From an uncultured Candidatus Saccharibacteria bacterium (GTDB lineage Bacteria > Patescibacteriota > Minisyncoccia > Phycocordibacterales > UBA3531), in contig CAYIAA010000003.1 of the NCBI GenBank assembly GCA_964361405.1, forward strand, positions 4,146 to 68,145: a stretch of 64,000 nt of DNA, given 5' to 3'. A program made the position numbers and the translations under genes. Below, one piece after another: positions 27,226 through 37,477 of this stretch (positions are counted from its first letter, which is position 1; each line of letters begins with the position of its first letter). The notes under the pieces are model-generated. The model saw only the letters and a program-made list of their open reading frames with translations. It was not told the DNA's origin and searched no databases.

Positions 27226-28645
27226 AAATGATTCGAAAAATTTCCACGCCGCAACGGCGGCGCAAAAAACCGAAGTCTCGGGATTGGATAGTGCGTCCGT
27301 AAAACCTCTTCGAACACTGGTGGGGGATATCTCCTCTATCATCAAAGACCAGCACCTCTCGAACTCGGCACTAAATATTCTCGACAAAAAACTCCGCGAG
27401 GAAATCGAGACCTATGAACGATCCGGCGGAGATAGACGTATTGCGGAAATCCTGAAAACCACCTCCCTTGAGAATGTAGTCACTAAGCCCGAGCCGCGGA
27501 CGTTTACACACATTCCACACCTTGAAAACCGGAGCCCTATAGCGAGCGGGGTGGAAGAAAAAATAAATGATATACCACCGCCCTCCTATACCACTCCCAC
27601 TCCGCCAAAAACCAGAGTTCCCTATGTACCAACTCAAACACCACCACACGAGACACATAGAGAACTGCTCCCTACGCCGAAAGAAGAAGACAGCGAGGAA
27701 GCCGCTCGAATGATTCTCGAAAAACATCGCGAGACTGAAGCCTTACACGCGAGTGAAGTCGCGTCCCAAAAAGAAGCAAGGAAGCGGAAAGAGCGGGAGC
27801 TTACCGACGAGGAAGAAAAACTTCGAGGGGAGACGCGTCTCCTTGAGGAAGCAATTGCCGTGATTCCTCAAATGCGCACCCGCGACGAAGAGGCAATGCG
27901 AAAGCCCTCGGCCCTACGTGAAGAACTCATACAGCGCCTCGCGAGCATACATGAAGAGGAAAAGCGAGCTGAAACCGAAGAGCTGCATTATGAGGAGATA
28001 GAATCAAGAAGCACGAGACCGGAAGAGAGACAGAAAGCAGAAATCAACCGCGCTCGCGCCGGAGACTTACGGGAAGCCGCCGAACGAAAGCGTTTTGAAA
28101 TCGATGAGAAAATAGCCCAAATTGGAAACGAGCTCGATACCAAAACCAAAGCACTTGCGGCACTTGAAGAAAATGAAAAAAAATTAAGAGGGGAACTTGC
28201 GGGTATCGCCGCACGACGTACCACCATACAAAAAGAACGAGCGTGGTTCGGGCTCCGCGAACGCATTGCCGAGATAGCAAAACTCAAGGAGTCAATTGAA
28301 ATGAATTGGATCGTTCTGAATGAAAAGAAAAAAGAGGTCGAGAAATCGCTCGCCCCAGTGCTCTCCCATGAGCGGGAGCTTGAAGAAAAAAAACACAATC
28401 TTGAAACGAAAGAAGCGAGTGCATCTGGGCCCGCGGCTCGCCACCAAATTGAGAGCGAGCGCTGGGAAATTGAACGAGAACGCAGAAAAGTTGAAGAGGA
28501 ACGTTGGAAATTGGAGAGAGAAATCGAAACCACCAAACGCCCCATGAGAGAGCTCGGTGCGAAATATCAAAAACTCCTCGAGGAGGAAGAACGTATCACG
28601 GAAGAACTCCGTACTACGCCCGGAGAGGGAGAGTACACTAAATAA
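27164..28645 (+). CDS. Coiled-coil hypothetical protein with internal duplication
   Basis: Pro-rich linker then long E/R/K-rich heptads. The start is uncertain (possibly ATT 27221). Confidence 0.7.
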   Translation: MGDMKEVKKDTGGTENEGGIRNDSKNFHAATAAQKTEVSGLDSASVKPLRTLVGDISSIIKDQHLSNSALNILDKKLREEIETYERSGGDRRIAEILKTTSLENVVTKPEPRTFTHIPHLENRSPIASGVEEKINDIPPPSYTTPTPPKTRVPYVPTQTPPHETHRELLPTPKEEDSEEAARMILEKHRETEALHASEVASQKEARKRKERELTDEEEKLRGETRLLEEAIAVIPQMRTRDEEAMRKPSALREELIQRLASIHEEEKRAETEELHYEEIESRSTRPEERQKAEINRARAGDLREAAERKRFEIDEKIAQIGNELDTKTKALAALEENEKKLRGELAGIAARRTTIQKERAWFGLRERIAEIAKLKESIEMNWIVLNEKKKEVEKSLAPVLSHERELEEKKHNLETKEASASGPAARHQIESERWEIERERRKVEEERWKLEREIETTKRPMRELGAKYQKLLEEEERITEELRTTPGEGEYTK

Positions 28646-28656
28646 GCTAATAAACT

Positions 28657-30030
28657 ATGGGCGCCGAGACAAACCCACCTTCCATGTCGCCTGATGAACT
28701 TGAGCGATTACGTCGCGAGGCTCGTCGGGCCCTCGAGGATACCCCAATCGTGGGCAGTCCCGCCACCGAAAAACCCTCTAATTTCCCCACTACACCTACA
28801 CAGAGTCGAGATACGGCCCGTCTTCCAATCTCTTTACTCAAAGAAGAAAAAGAAAAATTGGAAGCGCATCGAAGCGAGGCGAGAACGGCTCTGACACAAA
28901 AAGATACACCCCATCCTCCACCACACATTCATTCAGTACGGACTGAAGCTCCTATCGAAAAACCACAAAATCCACCTTTCCTCGAAACTCAAATGTGGGC
29001 GGCGGGAAAAACGCCTAACGATATACGGGCACATTTACTTGAAGAAGAAGCGCGGACGCGCGCTCGATTGGGAGGAGAGAGAATACCAAAGGAACCCGTA
29101 GTCAAAGAAGAGAGACTTGTCCCCCCTATTGTTCCAATAAAACCCTCTCTATATGCGCCACCAGAGCCAAAGAGAACAGGTGGACGAGAAGCCATAAAAA
29201 CCATGCGCGACGATGTGGCGCGCGCCGTAGAAACACAAAAACTCTCACTCTCACAAATCGTTCTCCTTGAACGGCAAAAACGGGCACGCGAAGAAAGAGA
29301 GACCGAGTTTTCCGAGCGGGGATGGAGCCAGAAAGTTTTAATCAGCACAAGTATTGTCCTCGTTCTTGCGGCAACCGGAATAATTTTCTATGTCGCCTTC
29401 ATTGGTTCTCCCCGTATCAGCGACACTACACTCCCAGGGAAGGTCTCTCGAGAATCGATCGTGCATGCCGATTCGGAACGTGCGCTCGATATAGGAAGTC
29501 TCACCGGGGCGGACATACTCTCTCAAATGAGAGGGGTCGTTCTCGACACGGCAGTTGCCCCCGGAAAAGTTACCAGCGTCATTCTCACCGACGGGAGAGA
29601 GAAAGCTCTGATGGAATTCCGTGCGGCGGATTTTATCTCCACCATCCCTCTCGCGGCGCCGAGTGGATTTGGAAAATCCCTTGATACTCCTCTTATGTTC
29701 GGTATCTATAGTTCAGGTGATGCAAATCACGGTTTCCTTATTTTCAAATCTCGGTCTTATGAGACAACATTTAACGCCCTACTCTCGTGGGAACCAAAAA
29801 TGGCAGAACTCCTCTTTCCGCTCGGCGCTGACATAGATAGGGGGAGTGAAGGAACCTGGCAAGACGTTGTCATAAAAACGATTTCATCACGCGCCTTAAT
29901 TTCTCGGAGCGGTCGCATCAATCTCGTATATGCATTCTTGGATAAACGCACCCTCCTTATAACAACGGATAAAGACACCTTCGCTCTCATAGTGGAGAGA
30001 TATACAACTCCGAAAGACGTCATTCGCTAA
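28657..30030 (+). CDS. Bitopic membrane hypothetical protein
   Basis: Pro-rich cytoplasmic N-half, TM 'VLISTSIVLVLAATGIIFYVAFIG', globular C-half. Confidence 0.75.
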   Translation: MGAETNPPSMSPDELERLRREARRALEDTPIVGSPATEKPSNFPTTPTQSRDTARLPISLLKEEKEKLEAHRSEARTALTQKDTPHPPPHIHSVRTEAPIEKPQNPPFLETQMWAAGKTPNDIRAHLLEEEARTRARLGGERIPKEPVVKEERLVPPIVPIKPSLYAPPEPKRTGGREAIKTMRDDVARAVETQKLSLSQIVLLERQKRAREERETEFSERGWSQKVLISTSIVLVLAATGIIFYVAFIGSPRISDTTLPGKVSRESIVHADSERALDIGSLTGADILSQMRGVVLDTAVAPGKVTSVILTDGREKALMEFRAADFISTIPLAAPSGFGKSLDTPLMFGIYSSGDANHGFLIFKSRSYETTFNALLSWEPKMAELLFPLGADIDRGSEGTWQDVVIKTISSRALISRSGRINLVYAFLDKRTLLITTDKDTFALIVERYTTPKDVIR

Positions 30031-30077
30031 AGGAATCGCGTGATGCAGGGTAGTACTCTCTCGTGTATAGTAAGAGG

Positions 30078-30431
30078 ATGATTGATACGGAACAATTAAA
30101 GCGGCGCCTCATTGAAGAAGAGGTGACACTCGTGAAAAGTCTCGGGAAAATTACGCGGGCGAATCCCGATAACCCCGATGACCTCATTGTCCTCCCACCG
30201 GAACCTGACCCCGTCCCAGCTGACCAAAATGACCTCGCGGACCGCAATGAGGATTTCGGCGAACGGAGATCCACTGAATTGACACTTGAAAATCGGCTCA
30301 ATGAGGTGAGGCTTGCACTTTCAAAAATTGAATCCGGAACGTATGGCGTGTGCAAGACATGCGGGAAATTGATTGAATCGGAGCGTCTCGAAGCAAATCC
30401 GGCGGCAGAGACGTGCGTAGAACACCGGTAG
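30078..30431 (+). CDS. TraR/DksA zinc-finger protein
   Basis: Coiled coil with 'DQNDLAD'; 'GTYGVCKTCGKLIESERLEANPAAETCVEH'. Confidence 0.9.
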   Translation: MIDTEQLKRRLIEEEVTLVKSLGKITRANPDNPDDLIVLPPEPDPVPADQNDLADRNEDFGERRSTELTLENRLNEVRLALSKIESGTYGVCKTCGKLIESERLEANPAAETCVEHR

Positions 30432-30485
30432 CACGTCCATAACGTACTCTGGTGGAAAGAAACCAGAGAAATATTCGAGTTCATT

Positions 30486-32063
30486 ATGCTTGCAAAGGTT
30501 CATTCTGCGCAAATCGTCGGACTTGAGACATGTCCGGTTGATGTTGAAGTTGACGTGGGAAGAGGACTCCATTCTTTTTCCATTGTCGGACTTCCAGATA
30601 AAGCAGTTGAAGAAGCCAAAGACAGAATTAATGCGGCGATTAAAAACTCTGGCTTCGTTCCTCCGCAGAAAGGTAATAAAAAAATCACGGTTTCGCTTGC
30701 TCCAGCTGATGTAAAAAAAGAAGGTCCCATCTTTGATCTTGCAATCGCGCTCGCAAACCTCGCCGCAACAAACGAAATTTCATTTAACTCGCGCGGACGG
30801 CTCTTCCTCGGAGAACTTTCACTCTCAGGAGAACTCCGAGGTGTTCGCGGCGTGCTCTCCATTGTTGAACATGCAGCCCGCAGTGGATTCGAAGAAGTAT
30901 TCCTCCCGGAAACAAACGCCCGCGAGGCTGCTCTCGTTCGGGGTATTAAAATCTTCCCCGCAAAAAATCTTCGCATGATTGTTGCTCATCTCTCGGATCG
31001 AAAGATTGAAGGGTTGCCGGGGACCATGCTCGTCGAGCAACCCCCGACAGAAATTAGTGTTCCGCCCGAGGTACTAGAAAGCATCAATTTTTCAGACATC
31101 AGAGGACAAGAATCGGCGAAACGCGCCATCGAAATCGCGGCGGCCGGAGCACATCACATCGCGATGTCTGGCCCTCCGGGAACCGGGAAAACTATGCTCG
31201 CAAAAAGTCTCCCGGGGATACTTCCGCCGCTTTCATTCTCGGAAACAATTGAGGTGACGAGTATACACTCCGCAGCCGGAATATCCGAGGGAGGAATCAT
31301 TACGTTGCCACCTTTCAGATCCCCTCACCATACTGCATCATATGTCTCAATAGTCGGTGGCGGTTCGTGGCCTAAGCCCGGAGAAGTTACACTTGCGCAT
31401 CGGGGAATTCTCTTTCTCGATGAATTTCCAGAATTTGATCGCCGTGTAATCGAGAGCTTGAGACAACCGCTTGAAGAGTACGCTATAACCATTGCACGCG
31501 CCTGGGGCTCGCATCGCTTTCCCGCGCGCGTCATACTCGTCGCCGCGATGAACCTTTGCCCGTGCGGGGCAACTGGGCTCGAGAAAAAAGAGTGTGTGTG
31601 CTCGCCCGGAGCGCTGATGCGTTATCAGCGAAAAATTTCCGGGCCAATCAGCGATCGAATTGACCTCTGGGTTTCTGTGCCCGAGGTGAAATACGACAAA
31701 CTTTCGGATGAAACATCGCTCGAATCGTCGAAGAAAGTGCGAGAACGGGTGGTGCGCGCCCGAGACATTCAGCGCGCGAGATTCCGCACCAAAAATTTAG
31801 GCAAATCTCATGGGAAGCACACAAGCCTCTCTCGAACAAACGCCGACATGGGTGTTCGGGAACTGAAAATCCACGCCACTCTCGGAGATGATCTCCGTTT
31901 GCTTCTCAATACTTCGGCAGAGAGACTTGGCTTCTCTGCCCGCGTCTATCACAAAATCATTAAGGTCGCACGAACCATTGCCGATCTCGACGGGAAAACT
32001 CATATCGGGAAAAATCATCTTCTCGAAGCGCTTCAGTATCGGCCACGGCAGGGACTGTGGTAG
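30486..32063 (+). CDS. comM: YifB/ComM Mg-chelatase-like AAA+ ATPase
   Basis: 'IVGLPDKAV', 'GPPGTGKTML', 'PFRSPHHTAS', 'PGEVTLAHRGILFLDEFPEF', 'ARTIADL'. Confidence 0.94.
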   Translation: MLAKVHSAQIVGLETCPVDVEVDVGRGLHSFSIVGLPDKAVEEAKDRINAAIKNSGFVPPQKGNKKITVSLAPADVKKEGPIFDLAIALANLAATNEISFNSRGRLFLGELSLSGELRGVRGVLSIVEHAARSGFEEVFLPETNAREAALVRGIKIFPAKNLRMIVAHLSDRKIEGLPGTMLVEQPPTEISVPPEVLESINFSDIRGQESAKRAIEIAAAGAHHIAMSGPPGTGKTMLAKSLPGILPPLSFSETIEVTSIHSAAGISEGGIITLPPFRSPHHTASYVSIVGGGSWPKPGEVTLAHRGILFLDEFPEFDRRVIESLRQPLEEYAITIARAWGSHRFPARVILVAAMNLCPCGATGLEKKECVCSPGALMRYQRKISGPISDRIDLWVSVPEVKYDKLSDETSLESSKKVRERVVRARDIQRARFRTKNLGKSHGKHTSLSRTNADMGVRELKIHATLGDDLRLLLNTSAERLGFSARVYHKIIKVARTIADLDGKTHIGKNHLLEALQYRPRQGLW

Positions 32064-32072
32064 CTCTCTACG

Positions 32073-32100
32073 AAATAACCCCGCCAGGGCGGGGTTATTT
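32073..32100. terminator. Bidirectional intrinsic terminator
   Basis: AAATAACCCCGCC-ag-GGCGGGGTTATTT between convergent genes. Confidence 0.8.
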
Positions 32101-32131
32101 TCTTTACTTGAAATACTGCTCAGACGCACAT

Positions 32132-33100
32132 TTAAAAAGGATTCACCGCTCCACGCACTTCAAAATGGACATGCGGCCCGGTGACACGGCCAGTCGCACC
32201 GATATAGCCGATAACCTGTCCTTGTACCACGCGCTGTCCCGGAGTCACAATGTTTGAGGTGTTGTGCGCATAAAGTGTCTGTGTACCGTTGTCGTGTGCA
32301 ATCACAATGTAGTTTCCATAACCGCCATTCCATCCGCTTCGTGAAATAATAACTTCTCCGGTTGCAGATGCGAGGATCGGAGTCCCAATCGGGGCGGCAA
32401 GGTCAACCGCATTATATCCATGAATTCCTTGACTCTTCGTTCCTCCAGTTACAGGGCGCAGATAGTAGTCGAGAAGAAGTGGTCCGCTTGTGCCGCGCAC
32501 GATTGAAGTCCCTGGATTAGCATAGGTCGGCGTCGCAATCGTACCCTTAGGGACAATAATTTCATCCCCGACTATGAGTAAAGCGCCGTCCGAAAGACCG
32601 TTATAATCAAAAATTTCATGGGCGTCGGCTCCATATTTTGCTGCAATACTCTTTATGGTGTCTCCCTTCCCGACTGTATGCCGTATGCCGCTCACCGGGA
32701 GAACAACGAGCGTCTGGCCTTCATGGATGACATTCCCTCGTTTTATGTCATTTGCCCACACAATGGTATTCACCGACACCCCAAACATATTCGCAATCTG
32801 CGAAAGTGAGTCACCCTCTCGTACTACATAGACACTAATCTGGTCGGATCTCGGAATTACCGAGTCAATATCGGCAAGAGTGCCAAGGGGACCGGATTCT
32901 GGCATGAGAGCTCGTCCTTCAACAATCGTGATGTCTCCGCCTCCTTTCGAGGGATTTGGATCGTGGTTCACTGCCGCCTGGAGAAGCAACATGTTCTGGG
33001 ACGTTGGCACACGGTCGAGACTTTCTTCACCACCCCCAAAAATACCACCCAGGAAAGAACGTAGTCCTGCGTGAGCAAGGGTTCCTTGTGAGAAGAGCAT
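32132..33100 (-). CDS. LysM-domain M23 family peptidoglycan metallopeptidase
   Basis: Two LysM repeats ('YVVREGDSLSQIA', 'HTVGKGDTIKSIA'); M23 motifs 'HGYNAVD', 'YAH', 'GPHVHFEV'. Confidence 0.92.
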   Translation of the reverse strand: MLFSQGTLAHAGLRSFLGGIFGGGEESLDRVPTSQNMLLLQAAVNHDPNPSKGGGDITIVEGRALMPESGPLGTLADIDSVIPRSDQISVYVVREGDSLSQIANMFGVSVNTIVWANDIKRGNVIHEGQTLVVLPVSGIRHTVGKGDTIKSIAAKYGADAHEIFDYNGLSDGALLIVGDEIIVPKGTIATPTYANPGTSIVRGTSGPLLLDYYLRPVTGGTKSQGIHGYNAVDLAAPIGTPILASATGEVIISRSGWNGGYGNYIVIAHDNGTQTLYAHNTSNIVTPGQRVVQGQVIGYIGATGRVTGPHVHFEVRGAVNPF

Positions 33101-33386
33101 TAGAGCTAAAAAGCCCGAAAATACGAGCTTTTTTGAAAGCTTTCTGCGAAATCCCTTTTCTCTAGTTCTTAAGGCACTACAAAAGCCCGAAGGAGTATGT
33201 GTTGAAGGTAAAATAGGCCCAAAATTAACGGTTAATCAGAGGGTACAGTCAAAAAACCTTTATTTGAAGCCATAAAACAAAAAATGACCGTAGCTGGTCA
33301 TCCATAATTTTATCCGACCCATGCCGACAAAGCAACCCGGAGTGGTAAAGCTGTGGATAGGAATTTTTGAGTGATATAGTGGGACG

Positions 33387-35312
33387 GTGGATTATTTTTC
33401 CGAGCTAAACGAACGCCAACGAGAGGCGGTTACCCACAAAGATGGCCCTATTCTCATTATTGCCGGGGCTGGAGCTGGAAAGACAAAAACTCTTACGTGC
33501 CGTATCCACCACCTTGTCCAAGGTGGTGTTCCTCCAGAGAAAATCCTTGCGGTCACCTTCACCAATAAAGCGGCCAGGGAAATGAGAGAACGGCTCGATG
33601 TCATCCTCGGACACTTGGATGAAGTTGGTGGCCGAAGGGGTCTTCGAGCGCCCTTCATAGGAACCTTTCATGCACTCGGCGCGCACATACTGCGCTCCCA
33701 CGCCGCCCGCGCCAATCTCCACCCGCACTTTTCCATTGCCGACAGGGACGACTCCCTCTCTGCCATAAAAGATGCGATGAAACTCTCCAGCATTGACCCG
33801 AAACGTTTTGAGCCGCGCAAAATCCTCTCCGCGATATCGCGGCAAAAGGGCAATTTGATTTCGCTTGAGTCTTACGCGGCGGACTCGAGCGATTTTCTCT
33901 CAAAAATAATCGCGACCGTATGGGGACACTATGACGAGCTCCTTAAGAGAGGGCGCTCCCTCGACTTCGACGATCTCCTAGTGCGGCCCGTCAACCTCCT
34001 CACAAAAGACCAGAAAATACTCGAAAACCTCCAGAATGAATGGTTATACATTCACGTTGACGAATACCAAGATACAAATGCCGCACAGTATGAATTGACA
34101 TCCCTTTTAAGCGGTGCGCGAAAAAATCTTTGCGTAGTGGGAGACAGTGATCAATCAATTTATAGTTGGCGAGGAGCTGACTTTGGAAATATGCTCAATT
34201 TCGAGCGGGACTACCCGGGCGCCGCCGTGGTAACTCTCGAAGAAAACTATCGATCAACGCAGACCATTTTGAGGGCCGCAAATAATGTCATCTCACGAAA
34301 CGTCATGCGGAAAGAAAAAAATCTGTTCACCAAGAACAAGGTGGGGGAAGTCATCAACCTCTATGTCGCGCTCGACGAAACCGATGAAGCAACCTTCGTT
34401 GCCGCTTCTGCTCTACGTCTCATCAAAAATGAGGGTGTAGACCCGGGTGAAATCGCTGTTCTTTACCGCGCAAATTTCCAATCACGTGCACTTGAAGAAG
34501 CCTTTCTCGCCGAGGAAATTCCTTACCAAGTCCTTGGTGTGCGCTTCTTTGAACGGAAGGAAATCAAAGATATTCTTTCCTACATTAAGGGAGCGACAAA
34601 TCCAAGCGATTTTGTCAGCGTTGCCCGAGCGCTCTCTGTACCGAAGCGCGGACTCGGGAAAATCGCGCTCGCTAAAATAATCGCGGGGCAAACCTCTCAA
34701 CTTCCGCTCCGCCAGCGCGAGAGTGTTACTGTATTTTTGAAACTCCTTGACGACATCCGCACTTCACTCGAAACACTGCCAACTTCAAAAGTCATTAAAA
34801 TGATTCTTGAGCGCTCGGGTATTCTCTCTGGGCTTAAGAGCGGCTCATCAGATGAAAAAGAACGCGCAGAAAACATAGAAGAGCTTGTAACTCTGGGAAC
34901 ACACTACGACTCCCATAACCCACCAGATGGAACGATGAAATTGATCGAGGAATCCATGCTCTCAAGTGGCGACGAGGACGGAGCTGAAAAACCAGAAAGT
35001 GGCGTGAAATTGATGACAGCTCATGCGTCAAAAGGTCTCGAGTTCTCGCATGTATTCGTCACCGGCCTCGAGGAAGGACTCTTCCCGCACGGAGGTCTTG
35101 ATAATGAAGGAGACCCAGAAGAAGAGCGGCGGCTTTTCTATGTCGCTCTCACACGCGCTAAAGAAAAACTTTCTCTTTCGTATGCCATGTCACGGACAAT
35201 CTACGGGTCGAGACGCATCAACATCCCGTCCGAATTTATTTCGGATATCGATCCGTCACTTATCGCAATGGAAGAAGGCGGCGAACGTATACTTGATCTC
35301 GAAAAACTCTAA
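33387..35312 (+). CDS. pcrA: UvrD/PcrA family DNA helicase
   Basis: 'AGAGAGKT', 'VTFTNKAA', 'VDEYQDTN', 'LEENYRST', 'EEERRLFYVALTRA'. Confidence 0.94.
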   Translation: MDYFSELNERQREAVTHKDGPILIIAGAGAGKTKTLTCRIHHLVQGGVPPEKILAVTFTNKAAREMRERLDVILGHLDEVGGRRGLRAPFIGTFHALGAHILRSHAARANLHPHFSIADRDDSLSAIKDAMKLSSIDPKRFEPRKILSAISRQKGNLISLESYAADSSDFLSKIIATVWGHYDELLKRGRSLDFDDLLVRPVNLLTKDQKILENLQNEWLYIHVDEYQDTNAAQYELTSLLSGARKNLCVVGDSDQSIYSWRGADFGNMLNFERDYPGAAVVTLEENYRSTQTILRAANNVISRNVMRKEKNLFTKNKVGEVINLYVALDETDEATFVAASALRLIKNEGVDPGEIAVLYRANFQSRALEEAFLAEEIPYQVLGVRFFERKEIKDILSYIKGATNPSDFVSVARALSVPKRGLGKIALAKIIAGQTSQLPLRQRESVTVFLKLLDDIRTSLETLPTSKVIKMILERSGILSGLKSGSSDEKERAENIEELVTLGTHYDSHNPPDGTMKLIEESMLSSGDEDGAEKPESGVKLMTAHASKGLEFSHVFVTGLEEGLFPHGGLDNEGDPEEERRLFYVALTRAKEKLSLSYAMSRTIYGSRRINIPSEFISDIDPSLIAMEEGGERILDLEKL

Positions 35313-36103
35313 TGCGGGCAAAACGTTCACTCGGACAGAATTTCCTTATAAACGAGCGCCTTGCGAATAGCATGGTCTCTCTGCTCGACATAAAACACAG
35401 AGGAAAGGGGAAAATAGTGCTTGAAGTGGGGCCGGGTAAGGGTATATTGACACGTGCACTCCTGAAAGAAGGAGCTCGCGTCGTTGCCTTTGAAAAAGAT
35501 GCCGCGCTCACAAAGGCCCTTACCGAAGAGTTCTTAAGTGACGTGAGGAGCGGAATGCTTACCCTCATTAACGATGATATCTTTAAGATACCTCTCTATA
35601 AGAACCACACCGTAGGAAAGCTATTGTCAGGTCCATACGTCATTCTCGCAAATATCCCTTACAACATTACGGGCGCATTCATTAAGTTTATGTTCTCACT
35701 CTCGCCACAACCTCTCTCGGCAATCCTGATGCTTCAGCGTGAAGTAGGGGAACGCATCGCGCGAGATCCGAAGGGAAGTATTCTCTCGATAAGTGTCAGG
35801 GTCTACGGTACGCCACAGTACTTGAAGAGCGTTTCTCGAGGAAACTTCGTACCGAAACCCCGTGTAGATTCGGCGGTAATCAGTATCGACGGAATTTCGC
35901 GACGCTTCTTCCATTCAATTAACGAGAAAAAGTTTTTTGATCTTGTCCGAAAAGGATTTGCGCATAAGAGAAAAAAACTTTCAAGAAATCTCGGTGTCGA
36001 AGAAACGCTTCTCTCTTCGTGCGGACTCTCCGCTCTCGCCCGGGCGGAAGACCTCTCACCGGGTGCATGGGCATGCGTGTACAAAAAAATCAACGAACAA
36101 TGA
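35312..36103 (+). CDS. rsmA: 16S rRNA adenine dimethyltransferase
   Basis: 'AKRSLGQNFL', 'LEVGPGKG', 'ANIPYNIT', 'PKPRVDS'. Confidence 0.95.
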   Translation: MRAKRSLGQNFLINERLANSMVSLLDIKHRGKGKIVLEVGPGKGILTRALLKEGARVVAFEKDAALTKALTEEFLSDVRSGMLTLINDDIFKIPLYKNHTVGKLLSGPYVILANIPYNITGAFIKFMFSLSPQPLSAILMLQREVGERIARDPKGSILSISVRVYGTPQYLKSVSRGNFVPKPRVDSAVISIDGISRRFFHSINEKKFFDLVRKGFAHKRKKLSRNLGVEETLLSSCGLSALARAEDLSPGAWACVYKKINEQ

Positions 36104-36603
36104 ATACGAAGCGTGTACTTATTTCTACTTTTATACTCCTCGGGTTCGTCTTCATTATTCTCGACTCAAATCCCGCCTATCGGCAGACAGGACCGATTAG
36201 TCCGATTGAAGAGAACCCTGAAAACACAGGAGATACGGTTGAGCAAAAAATACTCTCAATCGGCGAGACAAGTATTCAGATTGAAATTGCAGACGAGCCC
36301 GCCGAGCTATCCCGGGGCCTCTCGGGGCGAGAAAGTCTCGGAGAGGACGAAGGACTTCTTTTTATTTTTGACAAGCCGGGAATCTATCCGTTCTGGATGA
36401 AAGAAATGCATTTTCCGATTGATATCATCTGGATTGGGGAAGATATGCGCGTAGTGGATATCACCCGAAGCGCAACGCCAGAGTCATATCCGAAAACGTT
36501 TAGCCCAAGCACACCGGTTCCCTATGTGCTCGAAGTAAATGCGAACTTTTCCGATCGAGAAAATATTAAGCCCGGTGACGAGGTTATTTTTTCTAGTACG
36601 TAG
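36100..36603 (+). CDS. DUF192 family membrane-anchored protein
   Basis: 'GLSGRE', 'GLLFIF', 'FWMKEMHFPIDIIWI', 'YVLEVNA'. Confidence 0.88.
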   Translation: MNTKRVLISTFILLGFVFIILDSNPAYRQTGPISPIEENPENTGDTVEQKILSIGETSIQIEIADEPAELSRGLSGRESLGEDEGLLFIFDKPGIYPFWMKEMHFPIDIIWIGEDMRVVDITRSATPESYPKTFSPSTPVPYVLEVNANFSDRENIKPGDEVIFSST

Positions 36604-36643
36604 CGTATAGTGTTAACAACTACATAGTAATGGCTCTTCTCTA

Positions 36644-37462
36644 TTGATAGACTGTAGACGAGCGACAGAAACGAATCTTCTAAGAAAGCTCTCCATGATT
36701 AAAGTATTTCTGCCTTTTATTTCAATTATATTTTTATTTTTTCCTTTTTTCTCGGTAGAAGCACAGGTTTCTCAACCATCTCTCGTACAATATACTTTTA
36801 CGCATAACCTGCGTTTTGGGGACAAGGGTATTGGGGTAAAAAACCTTCAGCGGTCTCTTAATTTATTTCCAACATCACTTGTTGCGGTTTCCGGTCCAGG
36901 ATCTCCGGGAAATGAAACGGAGTTTTTTGGAAACCTCACGCTTCAAGCGGTCATCAGATTTCAAGAATTATATCGTAACGATATTCTTTTTCCGATTGGA
37001 CTCACAAAAGGGACTGGTTTCTTTGGCCCGCTCACCCGAACAAAATTAAATGCCCTGTTGATTGCCGAAGGCAAAATGAACAGTGGAAATACTCCCGGCG
37101 CACCACGGCTCGTGAGTATATATCCGATTTCCGGAGCTGAAGGAACAAAGGTAACCATTACCGGTACGGGGTTCTCGGAAACGAACAATACCGTTCTTTC
37201 GGGAACTGCAACGTACAAAAATACTCCTTCGGCTAACGGCGTTATTGAAGTTACCGTTACTTCATCTATCCCAGACGCGGTAAAAAAGTATTATCTCCCT
37301 ATTGACCTTAAGTTCATGGTAAGAACAGGTGATATACTAAGCAATGAACTGACTTTTACCTTAGTTGGAGGGAGTGATACTATTTCAGACGAAGTCAAAA
37401 ACCAATATAAAAATAAAACACTCGAATTACTAAACTTGCCTGACGGTTTTCGCAATTTTTAA
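36644..37462 (+). CDS. Secreted protein with peptidoglycan-binding-like and IPT/TIG domains
   Basis: Signal peptide; 'VKNLQRSLN...GSPGNETEFFGNLTLQAVIRFQ...GPLTRTKLN'; 'P.SG..GTKVTITGTGF'. The start is probably later than 36644. Confidence 0.75.
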   Translation: MIDCRRATETNLLRKLSMIKVFLPFISIIFLFFPFFSVEAQVSQPSLVQYTFTHNLRFGDKGIGVKNLQRSLNLFPTSLVAVSGPGSPGNETEFFGNLTLQAVIRFQELYRNDILFPIGLTKGTGFFGPLTRTKLNALLIAEGKMNSGNTPGAPRLVSIYPISGAEGTKVTITGTGFSETNNTVLSGTATYKNTPSANGVIEVTVTSSIPDAVKKYYLPIDLKFMVRTGDILSNELTFTLVGGSDTISDEVKNQYKNKTLELLNLPDGFRNF

Positions 37463-37477
37463 TATAATGCACACTGT

